From Candidatus Babelota bacterium (GTDB lineage: Bacteria > Babelota > Babeliae > Babelales > Vermiphilaceae), in contig JAHDWT010000004.1 in assembly GCA_023382795.1 (NCBI GenBank), positions 42,650-106,649 on the forward strand: a stretch of DNA of 64,000 nucleotides. The letters are read 5' to 3'. The position numbers were made by a program, and so were the translations under genes. Below are positions 9,744 through 19,820 of this stretch, in pieces. The notes below the pieces were generated by a model that did not search any database, was not told where the DNA came from, and worked only from the letters and a program-made list of their open reading frames with translations. Within the stretch, counting starts at the first letter, position 1. Each line of letters starts with the position of its first letter.

Positions 9744-10529
9744 TTATCTGACCATATCCCAGATAGCAAGTAAGCCTTTTTTATCAATTTGTTGAGCTCG
9801 TAGCGCGAGCAATTCTTCAGGAACCGCAGCAACATGATAATGTCCCTGCGATAAATTATTTTTTAATGTCCTACGCGGTTGCCGAAAACACTGTCTTACA
9901 AAGTGCCAAAAATTCTGCTCATCAGGAATAACATCACAGGTCTGTCGCGGTTTAAAATACAAAAGACGAGAAAATACCTTTGGTGGTGGATAAAATGCTG
10001 ATGGAGAAACTTTAACAAGAAGCTGCCACTCAAAATAATGTTGGAAATACAATGACACAAAGCCGAAATCTCGGCCTCCCTTTTTCACAATTTTCTGCGC
10101 AACTTCTTCTTGTACCATGATCACACCCTCTGCAAGCAAGGCACGATGTTCCTTAAGAAGATGTAAAATGGGAAAGGTGACATGGTAAGGCAGATTTGCT
10201 AATAACACCCACGGCTTATGCTGCTCAAACATCGTAAAATCAACATCGAGAATATTTGCGTCAAACACGGTCAGGTGCGTGTTGCCCTCAAAACGTTTGC
10301 GTATATGAACAGCCCATTCAGGATCGATTTCAAATGTCCACAAACGCGCAATTGGCGAGTTTAAGATATGTTGTGTAAGAAACCCATCCCCAGGACCAAT
10401 TTCAAACACCGACGTGGTGTGTGTTAACATAACACGATCAAGCATAGCAAATACTATTGATTCATCGCGTAGAAAATTTTGACCATGCTTTTTTTTAAGC
10501 ACAATACCTTGGGATCTTGGAATTGACAC
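9744..10529 (-). CDS. rsmA: 16S rRNA (adenine1518/1519-N6)-dimethyltransferase
   Basis: KKKHGQNFL, EIGPGDGFLT (SAM-binding) and ANLPYH motifs. The track ORF starts at a TTG (10589) that overlaps mreB by 32 nt. A GTG at 10529 is preceded by AAGGA and gives a canonical-length N-terminus. The start remains uncertain. Confidence 0.88.
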   Translation of the reverse strand: MSIPRSQGIVLKKKHGQNFLRDESIVFAMLDRVMLTHTTSVFEIGPGDGFLTQHILNSPIARLWTFEIDPEWAVHIRKRFEGNTHLTVFDANILDVDFTMFEQHKPWVLLANLPYHVTFPILHLLKEHRALLAEGVIMVQEEVAQKIVKKGGRDFGFVSLYFQHYFEWQLLVKVSPSAFYPPPKVFSRLLYFKPRQTCDVIPDEQNFWHFVRQCFRQPRRTLKNNLSQGHYHVAAVPEELLALRAQQIDKKGLLAIWDMVR

Positions 10530-10557
10530 ACCATTCCTTACGTAGAAGTTATTACTA

Positions 10558-11601
10558 TTACTCCATGAGAGCGTCTTTAAAGAGGTCAAGATTTTCTAAG
10601 ACTTTTCCAGCCCCTTTAACCACACAAAAGAGAGGATCTTCCGCAACACGCACCGGGAGGCCGGTTTCTTTGGACAACAATTGATCAAGACAGCGCAACA
10701 GAGAACTACCACCAGCCATCACAATACCACGATCTACAAGATCTGATGATAATTCTGGTGGTGTGTTTTCCAGCGCGACGCGCACTACATCGACAATGTT
10801 TGCAATGGTTTCAAGCAGCGCTTCATTCACTTCAGGAGCGGTTAAAGTAATAGTCTTAGGTACACCCGTTACCAAATCGCGTCCCTTAACGTGTACTGAT
10901 TTGTCGGCAATATCCTCAGTAAGCATTGCTGCACCTATTTCTATTTTAATTTGTTCAGCGGTGCGTTCACCGATCAGGAGATTATATTTACGTTTTACAT
11001 ATTGCACAATCGCACGGTCCATCTCATCGCCACCAACACGTACCGAGCGACAGAATACGACGTTTTTTAATGAAATGATCGCAACTTCCGTGGTACCACC
11101 ACCAATATCAATAATCATATTTCCCGATGGTTCTTGTACGGGAAGCCCAGCACCAATCGCTGCTGCCATTGGCTCAATGATCGTGCGTACTGGCTCTCGT
11201 GCTCCTGCTTGTTTTGCCGAATCTTTGACTGCGCGCAACTCGACTTGTGTGATACCCGATGGAACCCCGATAATCATCCGCGGCCGCACTAACGTCCTAC
11301 GATCATCATGAACTGCGCGAATAAAATAGCGCAACATACTTTCAGTAAGTTCAAAGTTAGCAATCACCCCATCACGCATTGGCCGGCAAGCAACAATATT
11401 TTCTGGCGTTTTACCAAGCATTTCCTTAGCCGCCTTCCCCGCAGCAAGCACTTGATTCGTATTTGCGCGCACCGCGACTACTGAAGGTTCGTTCAAGACG
11501 ATACCCTGATTGCGGACGAATACCACCGTATTCGCCGTACCTAAATCGATCGCCATGTCATTGGAAAATATGCCAAACAATCGAGCAGGAACAAATTTCA
11601 T
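10558..11601 (-). CDS. mreB: rod-shape-determining actin homologue MreB
   Basis: FSNDMAIDLGTANT, DIGGGTTEVA and the rest of the actin-fold motifs are present. Start moved to the ATG at 11601 (AAGGA Shine-Dalgarno), giving MKFVPARLFGIFSNDMAIDLG. Confidence 0.95.
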   Translation of the reverse strand: MKFVPARLFGIFSNDMAIDLGTANTVVFVRNQGIVLNEPSVVAVRANTNQVLAAGKAAKEMLGKTPENIVACRPMRDGVIANFELTESMLRYFIRAVHDDRRTLVRPRMIIGVPSGITQVELRAVKDSAKQAGAREPVRTIIEPMAAAIGAGLPVQEPSGNMIIDIGGGTTEVAIISLKNVVFCRSVRVGGDEMDRAIVQYVKRKYNLLIGERTAEQIKIEIGAAMLTEDIADKSVHVKGRDLVTGVPKTITLTAPEVNEALLETIANIVDVVRVALENTPPELSSDLVDRGIVMAGGSSLLRCLDQLLSKETGLPVRVAEDPLFCVVKGAGKVLENLDLFKDALME

Positions 11602-11635
11602 CGTTGATCCTTTACGGCTTTTAGACAAGCCATCT

Positions 11636-12898
11636 TTAAAAATGCAATTCCAAACCTAATGTAACTTTATGCGTTTTACTCATGTTGTATGACTTCAATA
11701 ATGCCACCGGAATATCCCAGGTTAGACCTACAGTTGGTGACATTCCTTCTTCGACACTCACTTTACCAAAATCATAAAAAACCGTAAGGGAAATGTAGTC
11801 CGAAGCCCAACAAGTTTTCTTTTCTAAAATCTGAAGTGGTAGTCGGAGATCTCGTTCTCCTGCAGCGCGTTTGTCCTCAATATCATCATAATCGTGAATG
11901 ACCAGCGTATAACGCGCATTTGCCCCCAATCCTGCTCGAAGATTTTCAAAAGCAACATAGGGACTTACCATAAATGTGGCTCCAGGAGAAAACCGTACTG
12001 GTACTTTAACAACGCCATAAAGCGCAGAACTTTCTAATTTGTGACTTGGTTCATTGCTGATTACCAACGGCATCCGCATCATCCGATCCTTAGCAAAGCG
12101 CTTGCTAACGCGCACCGACAATCCTGCCACCAAATCCTCTTTTAATTCAAACATCCCTTCCGCACTGCCATACACACCCCAAAAGCCATCTCCTCCAAAG
12201 GGTAGCGATGCAGGATTATCTTGATCTCTGGTGCATCCGGTTGGAATCAACATGCCGAATTTTAAACCAGCATCTATTCGTCTGAATTTGTAGCTATAAT
12301 CGCACAGCCACCCGTAGCGCACATACAAGTCAACATCACCAAAACCAGCCTGACGCGCACATGGTTCACTCAATCCAATTTCCTGATGCATGCGTCGACG
12401 AATTTCATCTAATTCAACACGATCAGCCGCATTCAAGCGCAAACTTACATCATGCTCATACAGAAAATCATGCCACGTATGCAATCGCATAAACAAACAT
12501 GAACCCCCCACTGAAAAACGCTCTGAAAGTGCTTGATCATAGGTCAAAGAAATACCTTGCGCTTGTAACTTGCCATCCATACGCCACTTTATGTCGAAGG
12601 CTCGCCACTCGTCTAACAAAGGGCTCGTAAATCCAGCTGCAATCATCCATCGACTTAGTGCCCCCTGATTATATTTCCCCCATATTTCTGGAAGACCTAC
12701 TTCATCTTCATTATCGCTGTAGCCCTTATCTGACATCATAAAAAAAACATCCACCGCGAAACGCGATGGCTTATCTTGAGTGCGTAAATATGGCTTTGGA
12801 AACAAGGGAAAATAACGATTATCAATCACCATACCTACACATGACATACAAAAGACCAGTAAGGAACCGGTTATACCAAGAGATTTCACTTTGAACAT
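11636..12898 (-). CDS. putative outer-membrane beta-barrel protein
   Basis: Signal peptide after the ATG at 12898 (MFKVKSLGITGSLLVFCMSC). Alternating-hydrophobic, aromatic-rich sequence. C-terminal ...VTLGLELHF ends in Phe, as in OMP sorting signals. Confidence 0.55.
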   Translation of the reverse strand: MFKVKSLGITGSLLVFCMSCVGMVIDNRYFPLFPKPYLRTQDKPSRFAVDVFFMMSDKGYSDNEDEVGLPEIWGKYNQGALSRWMIAAGFTSPLLDEWRAFDIKWRMDGKLQAQGISLTYDQALSERFSVGGSCLFMRLHTWHDFLYEHDVSLRLNAADRVELDEIRRRMHQEIGLSEPCARQAGFGDVDLYVRYGWLCDYSYKFRRIDAGLKFGMLIPTGCTRDQDNPASLPFGGDGFWGVYGSAEGMFELKEDLVAGLSVRVSKRFAKDRMMRMPLVISNEPSHKLESSALYGVVKVPVRFSPGATFMVSPYVAFENLRAGLGANARYTLVIHDYDDIEDKRAAGERDLRLPLQILEKKTCWASDYISLTVFYDFGKVSVEEGMSPTVGLTWDIPVALLKSYNMSKTHKVTLGLELHF

Positions 12899-13048
12899 AG
12901 ATGATCCTGACGCAATGCTTATCAACTCGTACCTTGTTTATCAGCTGTACATGAGTTCACGATGTACCTATACCTTCACGTACAACGCGCTTGCTATACT
13001 CATTACCGTATATTTTATGAGCATTGTGGTAACATGAAAAATAAAGAC

Positions 13049-13140
13049 TGGAGGAGAGAGAGGGATTCGAACCCTCGATTCCAATTTCTTGGAATAATCG
13101 CTTTCGAGGCGACCGCTTTCGACCACTCAGCCATCTCTCC
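13049..13140 (-). tRNA. tRNA-Ser (anticodon CGA), class II with a long variable arm
   Basis: The reverse complement folds by hand. Acceptor stem GGAGAGA/TCTCTCC; D-arm GCT..AGC. Anticodon stem GTCGC/GCGAT with loop CTCGAAA, giving anticodon CGA. 20-nt variable arm (TTCCAA-GAAA-TTGGAA) and T-arm GAGGG-TTCGAAT-CCCTC. The 3' end reads T-CCA in the genome. Confidence 0.9.
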
Positions 13141-13165
13141 ACACATAACATGATATGTTAACGCA

Positions 13166-13174
13166 ATTGTACCA
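13166..13174 (-). promoter_or_regulatory. candidate extended -10 promoter (TGgTACAAT) for tRNA-Ser
   Basis: On the minus strand, TGGTACAAT lies about 25 nt upstream of the mature tRNA 5' end. No good -35 element. Confidence 0.3.
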
Positions 13175-13406
13175 CAACGTCGCAGCTAATGATACTATAG
13201 TTTGCGCTTTTTAAAAGAGCAAACTACCCTTCCCTGCAATCAAAATGTCCATACGACCACATGTGCGCTATACAACCTTTGATGAAGAGTACGCACAAAT
13301 TTTTAAAAGCACCTACACATCGCGTGATCGCAAATATCGTCGACATCCTCCGTTATTATGTTACACTGCACATGTTAAACTCGAGTACCTGAACAAGGAG
13401 GGTTTT

Positions 13407-14834
13407 ATGCCAAAAGGCTCTACACAAGCGATTATTCTCGCAGCAGGAAAATCAAGCAGATTCAACACAGGTAAATCAAAACTTTTAGAAAAAATATGCG
13501 GTCAAGAAATGGTAGTATACTTGACTAAGCTCTTTACTGACATGCATATTCCCGTTACTGCCGTAGTTGGATTCCAACAAGAACTCGTAAGAGATGTCAT
13601 CAATCGTAATCATCCTCACATGGTTGCTTTCGCCGAACAACATGAACAGCTTGGTACTGGCCATGCACTGCTGTGCTCTCGCCCTACATGGAATGCAGAC
13701 AATATTCTGGTTATTAACGGTGATATGCCACTCATCACGCAAGACATCATTACTACATTGATACAACAACACCATCAAAAAGATGCCGCTATCTCTTTTG
13801 TCATTGCTCATCAAACAGATCCATCAGTCGGCGCTTATGGCAGACTGGTCAATGATCAAGGCATTGTAGAAATTGTTGAAGCACGCGATTTTACGAAAGA
13901 TCCTCAAGAGTATTGTTACATTAATGCTGGTATCTACCTAATTAAAAGAACCTATCTGGAGCATGCAATAACCACGTTACAGCAAAATGCCCGCTCCCGA
14001 GAATTTTACATCACGGATCTTATTAAACGAGCAAGTCTTGATCAGCTTTCTATTGAAACAGTATTGGTACCGTTTGATTGTGTCCGCGGTATAAATACCA
14101 TTGAAGAATTGTGGGCCGCCGAACAAATTAAAAAAAGCGATCTTATACGACACTGGATGGATAACGGCGTGCGCTTCTATGCTACACACAATTTACATAT
14201 TGAAGCCGATGTACATATCGGCGCAGGAACTGTTGTCGGCTGTGGTGTTCACTTACTTCGCGGTACAAAAATTGGAAAAAATTGCAAAATAAACGAAATG
14301 GTTTCCATCTACTCAAGCGTAATTGGTGACGAGGTTACGGTACAACCTTACACACTCATTACAGATGCGGTCATCGGAGACCGTGTGACTGTAGGACCTT
14401 TCGCACATCTTCATCATCAAACCATTGTTGCGCATGATGCCATCATAGGAAATTTTGTAGAAGTCAAAAATAGCTCAATCGGTGCTCATACCAAAGCAAA
14501 ACATCTTTCATATCTTGGGGATGCAACGCTCGGCAACAACGTCAACATCGGCGCAGGGACTATCACGTGTAATTATGATGGCACACAAAAACACCAAACG
14601 ACTATCCAGGACGGTGCATTCATTGGTAGCAACAACACCCTTGTAGCACCAATCACCATTGGAGAAAATGCTTATACTGCTGCTGGATCAACTATTACAG
14701 AAAACGTACCAAACCATGCTCTTGCTTTTGGGCGCTCTCGACAGATCAATAAAGAGCACTACACACACACGTCATGCTCACTCAAAAAAACAAGCTGCAC
14801 AAAAACTGATTACGAAAATAGCGAACAACCATGA
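13407..14834 (+). CDS. glmU: bifunctional UDP-GlcNAc pyrophosphorylase / GlcN-1-P N-acetyltransferase
   Basis: The N-terminus AIILAAGKSSRF carries the LxxGxGTRM-type nucleotide-binding signature. C-terminal left-handed beta-helix hexapeptide repeats are present. The ATG at 13407 follows AAGGAGG. The track's 13245 start adds 54 non-homologous residues. Confidence 0.92.
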   Translation: MPKGSTQAIILAAGKSSRFNTGKSKLLEKICGQEMVVYLTKLFTDMHIPVTAVVGFQQELVRDVINRNHPHMVAFAEQHEQLGTGHALLCSRPTWNADNILVINGDMPLITQDIITTLIQQHHQKDAAISFVIAHQTDPSVGAYGRLVNDQGIVEIVEARDFTKDPQEYCYINAGIYLIKRTYLEHAITTLQQNARSREFYITDLIKRASLDQLSIETVLVPFDCVRGINTIEELWAAEQIKKSDLIRHWMDNGVRFYATHNLHIEADVHIGAGTVVGCGVHLLRGTKIGKNCKINEMVSIYSSVIGDEVTVQPYTLITDAVIGDRVTVGPFAHLHHQTIVAHDAIIGNFVEVKNSSIGAHTKAKHLSYLGDATLGNNVNIGAGTITCNYDGTQKHQTTIQDGAFIGSNNTLVAPITIGENAYTAAGSTITENVPNHALAFGRSRQINKEHYTHTSCSLKKTSCTKTDYENSEQP

Positions 14835-16069
14835 TCCGGTTTATACATACTGCCGATATCCATTTTGGCATGGAAAACTACGGAAAAATTGATGCAAAGA
14901 CGGGAATTCATTCCCGTCTTTTAGACTTTGAACGCGCACTTAATGCCTGTATTGATGTTGCTTTAGATCAAGATGTTGATTTTTTCCTGTTTAGTGGTGA
15001 TGCATACAAAACCGCGCATCCAACACCAACACAGCAACGTCTGTTAATGCACTGTTTGCTACGCTTGTACAAAGCAAATATTCCCGTCGTTTTGGTGATA
15101 GGTAACCACGATAATCCGTTAAGTTTTGGAAAAGCACATGCTCTCGATATATTCGGCAACTTACCACTCGATGGTTTTCATGTCATAGCACAACCAAGAT
15201 CATTTACCTTAGTCACAAAACAGGGTCCCGTGCACATTGTGGGCATACCATGGCCTACGCGCAACACCCTCGCGCTAAGTGATAAACATGTATTTAAAAG
15301 CGCAACAGAAATTACTGAATATATCGCGCAGGCAGTTGGATCTATTATTTCATCATATGCCAAAAAATTGGATCCCTCGCTACCAGCAGTTCTCGCAGGA
15401 CATTTAACGGCAAGTTCAGGAATTTTTTCTGGGTCAGAAAAACGCGCAATCTACGGAACTGATCCTGTTCTTTTGCCTTCTCAGCTGGCAATCGCGCCTT
15501 TTGACTATGTAGCACTCGGCCACTTGCATCGCTATCAAAATCTTAATCCAAATGGGCATCCAGCAGTTGTTTATGCGGGATCAATCGAACGAGTTGACTT
15601 TGGAGAACGCAAAGAAGACAAAGGATTTTGTCTCGTCACTATACACTCAAAAGAAAAAACATCTCACGAGTTCATCAAAACGCCAATGCGCCCTTTCATT
15701 CAAATTGAAGTTACGCTCAAATCGGGCGATCAAACACAGCAAATTCTTGATGCCATTGCACTCCATGACATTCGCGATGCAGTGTTAAAAATTTTGTACC
15801 ATATACCCGAAGGGAAAGCCGATCGTGTGGACTTGAATGCCATCGAACGTGTGTGCGCAACAGCGATACACGTAGTTGGCATCATACCAATTCGCAATCA
15901 TCAAACACGGGAAACGCGTACCCATCTCGGCGACACTGCTATGGACTTTGAAACCATGCTTGGTGCTTATTTTGACAACAAGCCTGAATTAAGGGATAAA
16001 AAAAAGGACCTTCTTGAAAAGGCCCTTATCCTTTATGAAAAATCTCGTCAAGATAGTGTCGAAGATTAG
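14831..16069 (+). CDS. sbcD: Mre11/SbcD-family DNA repair exonuclease
   Basis: Calcineurin-like phosphoesterase motifs in order: HTADIHFG, SGDAYK, GNHD, GHLH. The start overlaps the glmU stop (ATGA). Confidence 0.85.
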   Translation: MIRFIHTADIHFGMENYGKIDAKTGIHSRLLDFERALNACIDVALDQDVDFFLFSGDAYKTAHPTPTQQRLLMHCLLRLYKANIPVVLVIGNHDNPLSFGKAHALDIFGNLPLDGFHVIAQPRSFTLVTKQGPVHIVGIPWPTRNTLALSDKHVFKSATEITEYIAQAVGSIISSYAKKLDPSLPAVLAGHLTASSGIFSGSEKRAIYGTDPVLLPSQLAIAPFDYVALGHLHRYQNLNPNGHPAVVYAGSIERVDFGERKEDKGFCLVTIHSKEKTSHEFIKTPMRPFIQIEVTLKSGDQTQQILDAIALHDIRDAVLKILYHIPEGKADRVDLNAIERVCATAIHVVGIIPIRNHQTRETRTHLGDTAMDFETMLGAYFDNKPELRDKKKDLLEKALILYEKSRQDSVED

Positions 16070-16950
16070 TAATACACGATGGAAGCTTCATCAAAAAGGC
16101 TCTTTCGGTATTCCTCAAATCGTTTTTCAAAAAGCGGTCTTTTAAGTTCCTGTGCAATCTCTTGATAACGCTCCTCTAGAGGAACAATACGTCGCTCTCT
16201 CCGCTCAAGTAACCGAAATAACTCAAAACCCTCTGGAATACTAACTGGATCAGAAATATCACCAGCAATCATCGTGGTGATAAACATTTTATCTGCAGCC
16301 AACTCATCGTGCTTAATCCAGAATGCCGGCGAAACTTTTACGCCTGGAATTTCTTTGCCTGCTTCTAAAGCCAACTTAAGGCGTTTTTTGTTATCCTGCG
16401 TTGAAACTATTTTTTTATCCGTTACCACAAGACGCTGAATCTTGTAGGCAGCTTCTTCCTCAATAGGATGCTCTTTATAATAAGCGATAATTTGTGCTTC
16501 TGGAACCACCAAGTACGACTTTACCTTAAAATCAATCATCGAATTAACGGCAAACATTGTTGCGAGCTGCTCTCGCCCCTCTTCGTAGGTATAGCCAGCA
16601 GCATTAAACATACGCTCAACATCCGGTAACCCCATATTATTGTCATGCATAACGGTGTCCAAATAACGATCAATTGCATCTTCGCTCGGAGTAATACGAT
16701 ATTTGGTTGCATCTGCAAATACTCGCTTAGTAAAAATAATATCACCAAGCGTCTGCGGCTTACCTTCGAGCGTTAATTTTTCCGTATCTGATTTAGTAAT
16801 TACTGATGCACCATCATTATCAAAAATTACCGCCTCAATTTTATCAATCAAGAACAGTTCTGGTTCTTTTTTTAATGCATTTTTTGCAAGACTTATGTGT
16901 GCACACAAGCTCATGAGCACGACGATGCCAAAATAGTTACTTACCTTCAT
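16066..16950 (-). CDS. SurA-like periplasmic chaperone (SurA N-terminal domain plus degenerate parvulin-like domain)
   Basis: Signal peptide. IDKIEAVIFDNDG...ITKSD resembles the SurA N-domain. The YY..H motif is present as AYYKEHP. A parvulin-like block reads GDISDPVSIPEGFELFRLLERRE. Confidence 0.5.
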   Translation of the reverse strand: MKVSNYFGIVVLMSLCAHISLAKNALKKEPELFLIDKIEAVIFDNDGASVITKSDTEKLTLEGKPQTLGDIIFTKRVFADATKYRITPSEDAIDRYLDTVMHDNNMGLPDVERMFNAAGYTYEEGREQLATMFAVNSMIDFKVKSYLVVPEAQIIAYYKEHPIEEEAAYKIQRLVVTDKKIVSTQDNKKRLKLALEAGKEIPGVKVSPAFWIKHDELAADKMFITTMIAGDISDPVSIPEGFELFRLLERRERRIVPLEERYQEIAQELKRPLFEKRFEEYRKSLFDEASIVYY

Positions 16951-17010
16951 TGGCGCTCCCCATAAAAATCAATCAGAATTCATCACGTGCCAGTAAGCAT
17001 ACCATACCAA

Positions 17011-17046
17011 CGTAAAAAAGGGAGTTTGCGTAAACAAACTCCCTTT
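17011..17046 (-). terminator. intrinsic terminator after the 17066..18136 gene
   Basis: Perfect 12-bp stem AAAGGGAGTTTG/CAAACTCCCTTT with a 6-nt loop. On the minus strand it is followed by TTTTTT. Confidence 0.75.
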
Positions 17047-17065
17047 GTGTTATTCTCTACTCTTT

Positions 17066-18136
17066 TTACGCTACACGCGATGGTGCCGGTGCAGAACTTT
17101 CTTGTTGTGCATGTTGCGATGAACTGCATGCTTCTTGTTGGTTTGCCATTACTGGCGCTTGACATTCTTCAGATGAATCTTGCTGCTTGAAATAGTCATA
17201 ATTGATAGCTACCTGCATTGATTGCTTCAGGTCTTCTAACGCTTTTTGCAAAACTTCATTTGTCTTTTCACGCTCTACTAATTGTCGAAGCGGCTCTTTA
17301 ACTTCTTCAAATGCACGATATTTTGGCCCCTCTTTAGCGCCTGCTTGCACTACCCAGAACTCTTTGTCAGAGACTTTGATCACTTCAGTTGTTGGCGTTT
17401 TTTCAAGCGCTAAGATCTTAAAGCGCAACATCGTGTCCATGCCTGTGCTGTGCTTATGTACTACCTCAAAATCTTTTGCTTTGTCTGACATTTTTTCAGC
17501 TTTGGCAATTTCCATAACCGACTTTCCTTGGACTTTCGTCAAGAAGGCTTTGGCATCTGCCTCTTTTTCAAAGCGCACGCCGCAAGCGGGGACACCGCCT
17601 TTTGAAACTACCAATTCTTGCATTTTGTCTTTATTGGCATCATAGTATGCACGCACATCGGCTTCTTCAATGGTTACTGGATGTTGTGCTGCAAAATATT
17701 TGGTATTCAGTGCACGCTCCATTGAACGCTTAAACCGCGCAAAATCACGCTGATAGTCCTCTTGTTTATTAATACCTTGTTCTTGAATATAGCGATCAAC
17801 CACTTCTTGTTGCGTTAGACCAGTTAGTAAATTTTTGCGCGCATCTGGCATAAATGGCAACATGGATTTTAACTGCGGATTATCCTCTAGTAGTGAATCA
17901 AATTCTCGCTCAAAACTGTTTATAGTGATCGCTGGTTGCCCTTTAATCGTCACCAATACCTCACTCGTATCATCAGATGAGATATTGCAGAGCGGGCTTG
18001 TGAGATCCAGCGACTGATCTGCCTGCTTCGACCCGCCTAGCTTATTTTTAACCCAGTCGCTCACACCGCATCCAGGCAAAAACGTTAGGGGAACCAATAG
18101 TGCTATATAAAAATACTTATTGTGTTGTATCTTCAT
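17066..18136 (-). CDS. PrsA/PpiD/SurA-like chaperone lipoprotein
   Basis: The ATG at 18136 gives MKIQHNKYFYIALLVPLTFLPGC (lipobox LPGC). A SurA_N-like region contains RAYYDANKDKM. The C-terminus is rich in Q/S/A. Confidence 0.5.
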   Translation of the reverse strand: MKIQHNKYFYIALLVPLTFLPGCGVSDWVKNKLGGSKQADQSLDLTSPLCNISSDDTSEVLVTIKGQPAITINSFEREFDSLLEDNPQLKSMLPFMPDARKNLLTGLTQQEVVDRYIQEQGINKQEDYQRDFARFKRSMERALNTKYFAAQHPVTIEEADVRAYYDANKDKMQELVVSKGGVPACGVRFEKEADAKAFLTKVQGKSVMEIAKAEKMSDKAKDFEVVHKHSTGMDTMLRFKILALEKTPTTEVIKVSDKEFWVVQAGAKEGPKYRAFEEVKEPLRQLVEREKTNEVLQKALEDLKQSMQVAINYDYFKQQDSSEECQAPVMANQQEACSSSQHAQQESSAPAPSRVA

Positions 18137-18308
18137 AAGAAAACCCTTTTTGAAACACACATGTTAATGGGATCAACTACCGTTATGGAGATTATCATAG
18201 AACAAGCAAATTACCAGATCACAGACATAACACAATCAGCATTTCGCAACCACCACAAACTATAGTATGCTACACGCCAAAGAGATCTTTCATGTTAAGG
18301 AGAATTCT

Positions 18309-19820
18309 ATGAAAATACCAGTAATGGTTACTGTACTCCTATTCACCTCTTATTCACACCTTATGGCCATGGATAATCATGACGAATTCTCTTTACCCAT
18401 TTCATCCGATCCTACTACCAATCAATCTTTTTTATTAAATACAGATACCCAGGAGCATGTTGATATTCCAACTTCTCATTTACACGTAACTACAGAAGAG
18501 GATCCTAATTTATTATCATCTACCGATGCCGAATTATCACCGAACAACCAAACAACATTTTCATACCCCCCAACGATAAATTCTCAAGAAAACACTGAGT
18601 TCATGGCTCTTGCCCAACGATTCGCATGTCAAACCCAAGCAGAAAATGCCTATGACCATATTAATCCCACTTCAATAACACCATCATATGACCGATCTAA
18701 CTCACTGCGTATTCACGTGCCACCAAATTCACGCAGTTGGTTCTCGACAGCATATCAACATCTTACCAAAAACATTATCGCATATTACCATGGCGCACTC
18801 CCTACCTATGGTCCAGCTATACTTAGTGGAACACTCGAAAAAGAATCTGAAATTTTATCTAAATCCTCTGAAACAATCCTCCAACAAACTACGATGGGGC
18901 ACCTTGCAGATCGAGTCATTTGTGAAGCAGCTGAAATTGTATTCAACAATGGCGATCGAGTGGCTCAACTTTTCAGCTATTTAGACTCTTGCCTAACAAA
19001 TAAATATTGGCTCAATAGAGCTACACTTATGATGGTTCTTGCTACGCTTGCTTATAATCAACAAAGAATTAATCAACAGGCTCAATGTCGCACGTTACTG
19101 AAAACTCAAATTCAAGCAAATGTTGGTATTATTTTTCCAAGCCATGTATCACAGAATGTTCCTACTCAAGAGCCACTGATTTTAGATAACGCTGTCAAGC
19201 AGCTCAATGAAACTAAAAAAATATTCTCAGCAATTGCCCAAAGAATAAATACACCACTCACTCCCCATACTTCATCACAAACCCAAGGCCTCATTCCTGC
19301 GTTATTCTCTAAAGCTGGAGCTGAGGTATCGCGTAAAATACAAGGTGATGCTGCATATGGCAAAGATGATCTGGAACACGGCACTCTAGAAAGACGCGTT
19401 CATGATTTTGCATATTGCTCGTCAGAAACAATTGAGCGTTGCTTTCAAAGGCTAACCGGGAGAATAAGCCCAACCGAGAAAGTAGATCAAGGCAAAGACG
19501 ACATGCTGAACGTTTTTAAATTCATGAGAGGATGTGTCCGGGTCGGTCATATGGCAGATAGGGTAATACGAGAGATTGCTCAGCAGAAAAGACCAGAACA
19601 AGATCAAACCATTGCCTTGGTCAACATCACTCATTTATTACAAAAATGTAATGAATACCATTACCATTTACACCCTTACACCGAAACGCTGGTGACCATG
19701 GCCTCAAATAATTTTTCACTTCAGGAGCCATACAGTTTATCCGATCTCGGAACAGCAAATACGGAGTTACTTGAGGCAATCAATACTCTTCGCCCGCCAG
19801 CATATAAGCAACTTAACTAA
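18309..19820 (+). CDS. hypothetical exported protein
   Basis: The ATG at 18309 follows AAGGAG. Signal peptide MKIPVMVTVLLFTSYSHLMA. No family recognised. Confidence 0.6.
   Translation: MKIPVMVTVLLFTSYSHLMAMDNHDEFSLPISSDPTTNQSFLLNTDTQEHVDIPTSHLHVTTEEDPNLLSSTDAELSPNNQTTFSYPPTINSQENTEFMALAQRFACQTQAENAYDHINPTSITPSYDRSNSLRIHVPPNSRSWFSTAYQHLTKNIIAYYHGALPTYGPAILSGTLEKESEILSKSSETILQQTTMGHLADRVICEAAEIVFNNGDRVAQLFSYLDSCLTNKYWLNRATLMMVLATLAYNQQRINQQAQCRTLLKTQIQANVGIIFPSHVSQNVPTQEPLILDNAVKQLNETKKIFSAIAQRINTPLTPHTSSQTQGLIPALFSKAGAEVSRKIQGDAAYGKDDLEHGTLERRVHDFAYCSSETIERCFQRLTGRISPTEKVDQGKDDMLNVFKFMRGCVRVGHMADRVIREIAQQKRPEQDQTIALVNITHLLQKCNEYHYHLHPYTETLVTMASNNFSLQEPYSLSDLGTANTELLEAINTLRPPAYKQLN

Noticed and set aside
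10763-11311. 182-aa ORF on the plus strand inside mreB.
   Set aside because: It is antisense to a gene with unambiguous MreB motifs. The product is low-complexity and S/T/A/I-rich, typical of a shadow ORF.
12957-13153. Two ~63-aa ORFs (both strands) in the spacer between the OMP gene and glmU.
   Set aside because: They overlap a hand-foldable tRNA-Ser(CGA), and the RNA gene explains the region.
13245-13406. 54-codon N-terminal extension of glmU in the ORF track.
   Set aside because: The extension has no similarity to the GlmU N-terminus. An ATG with a perfect AAGGAGG Shine-Dalgarno at 13407 gives the canonical start.
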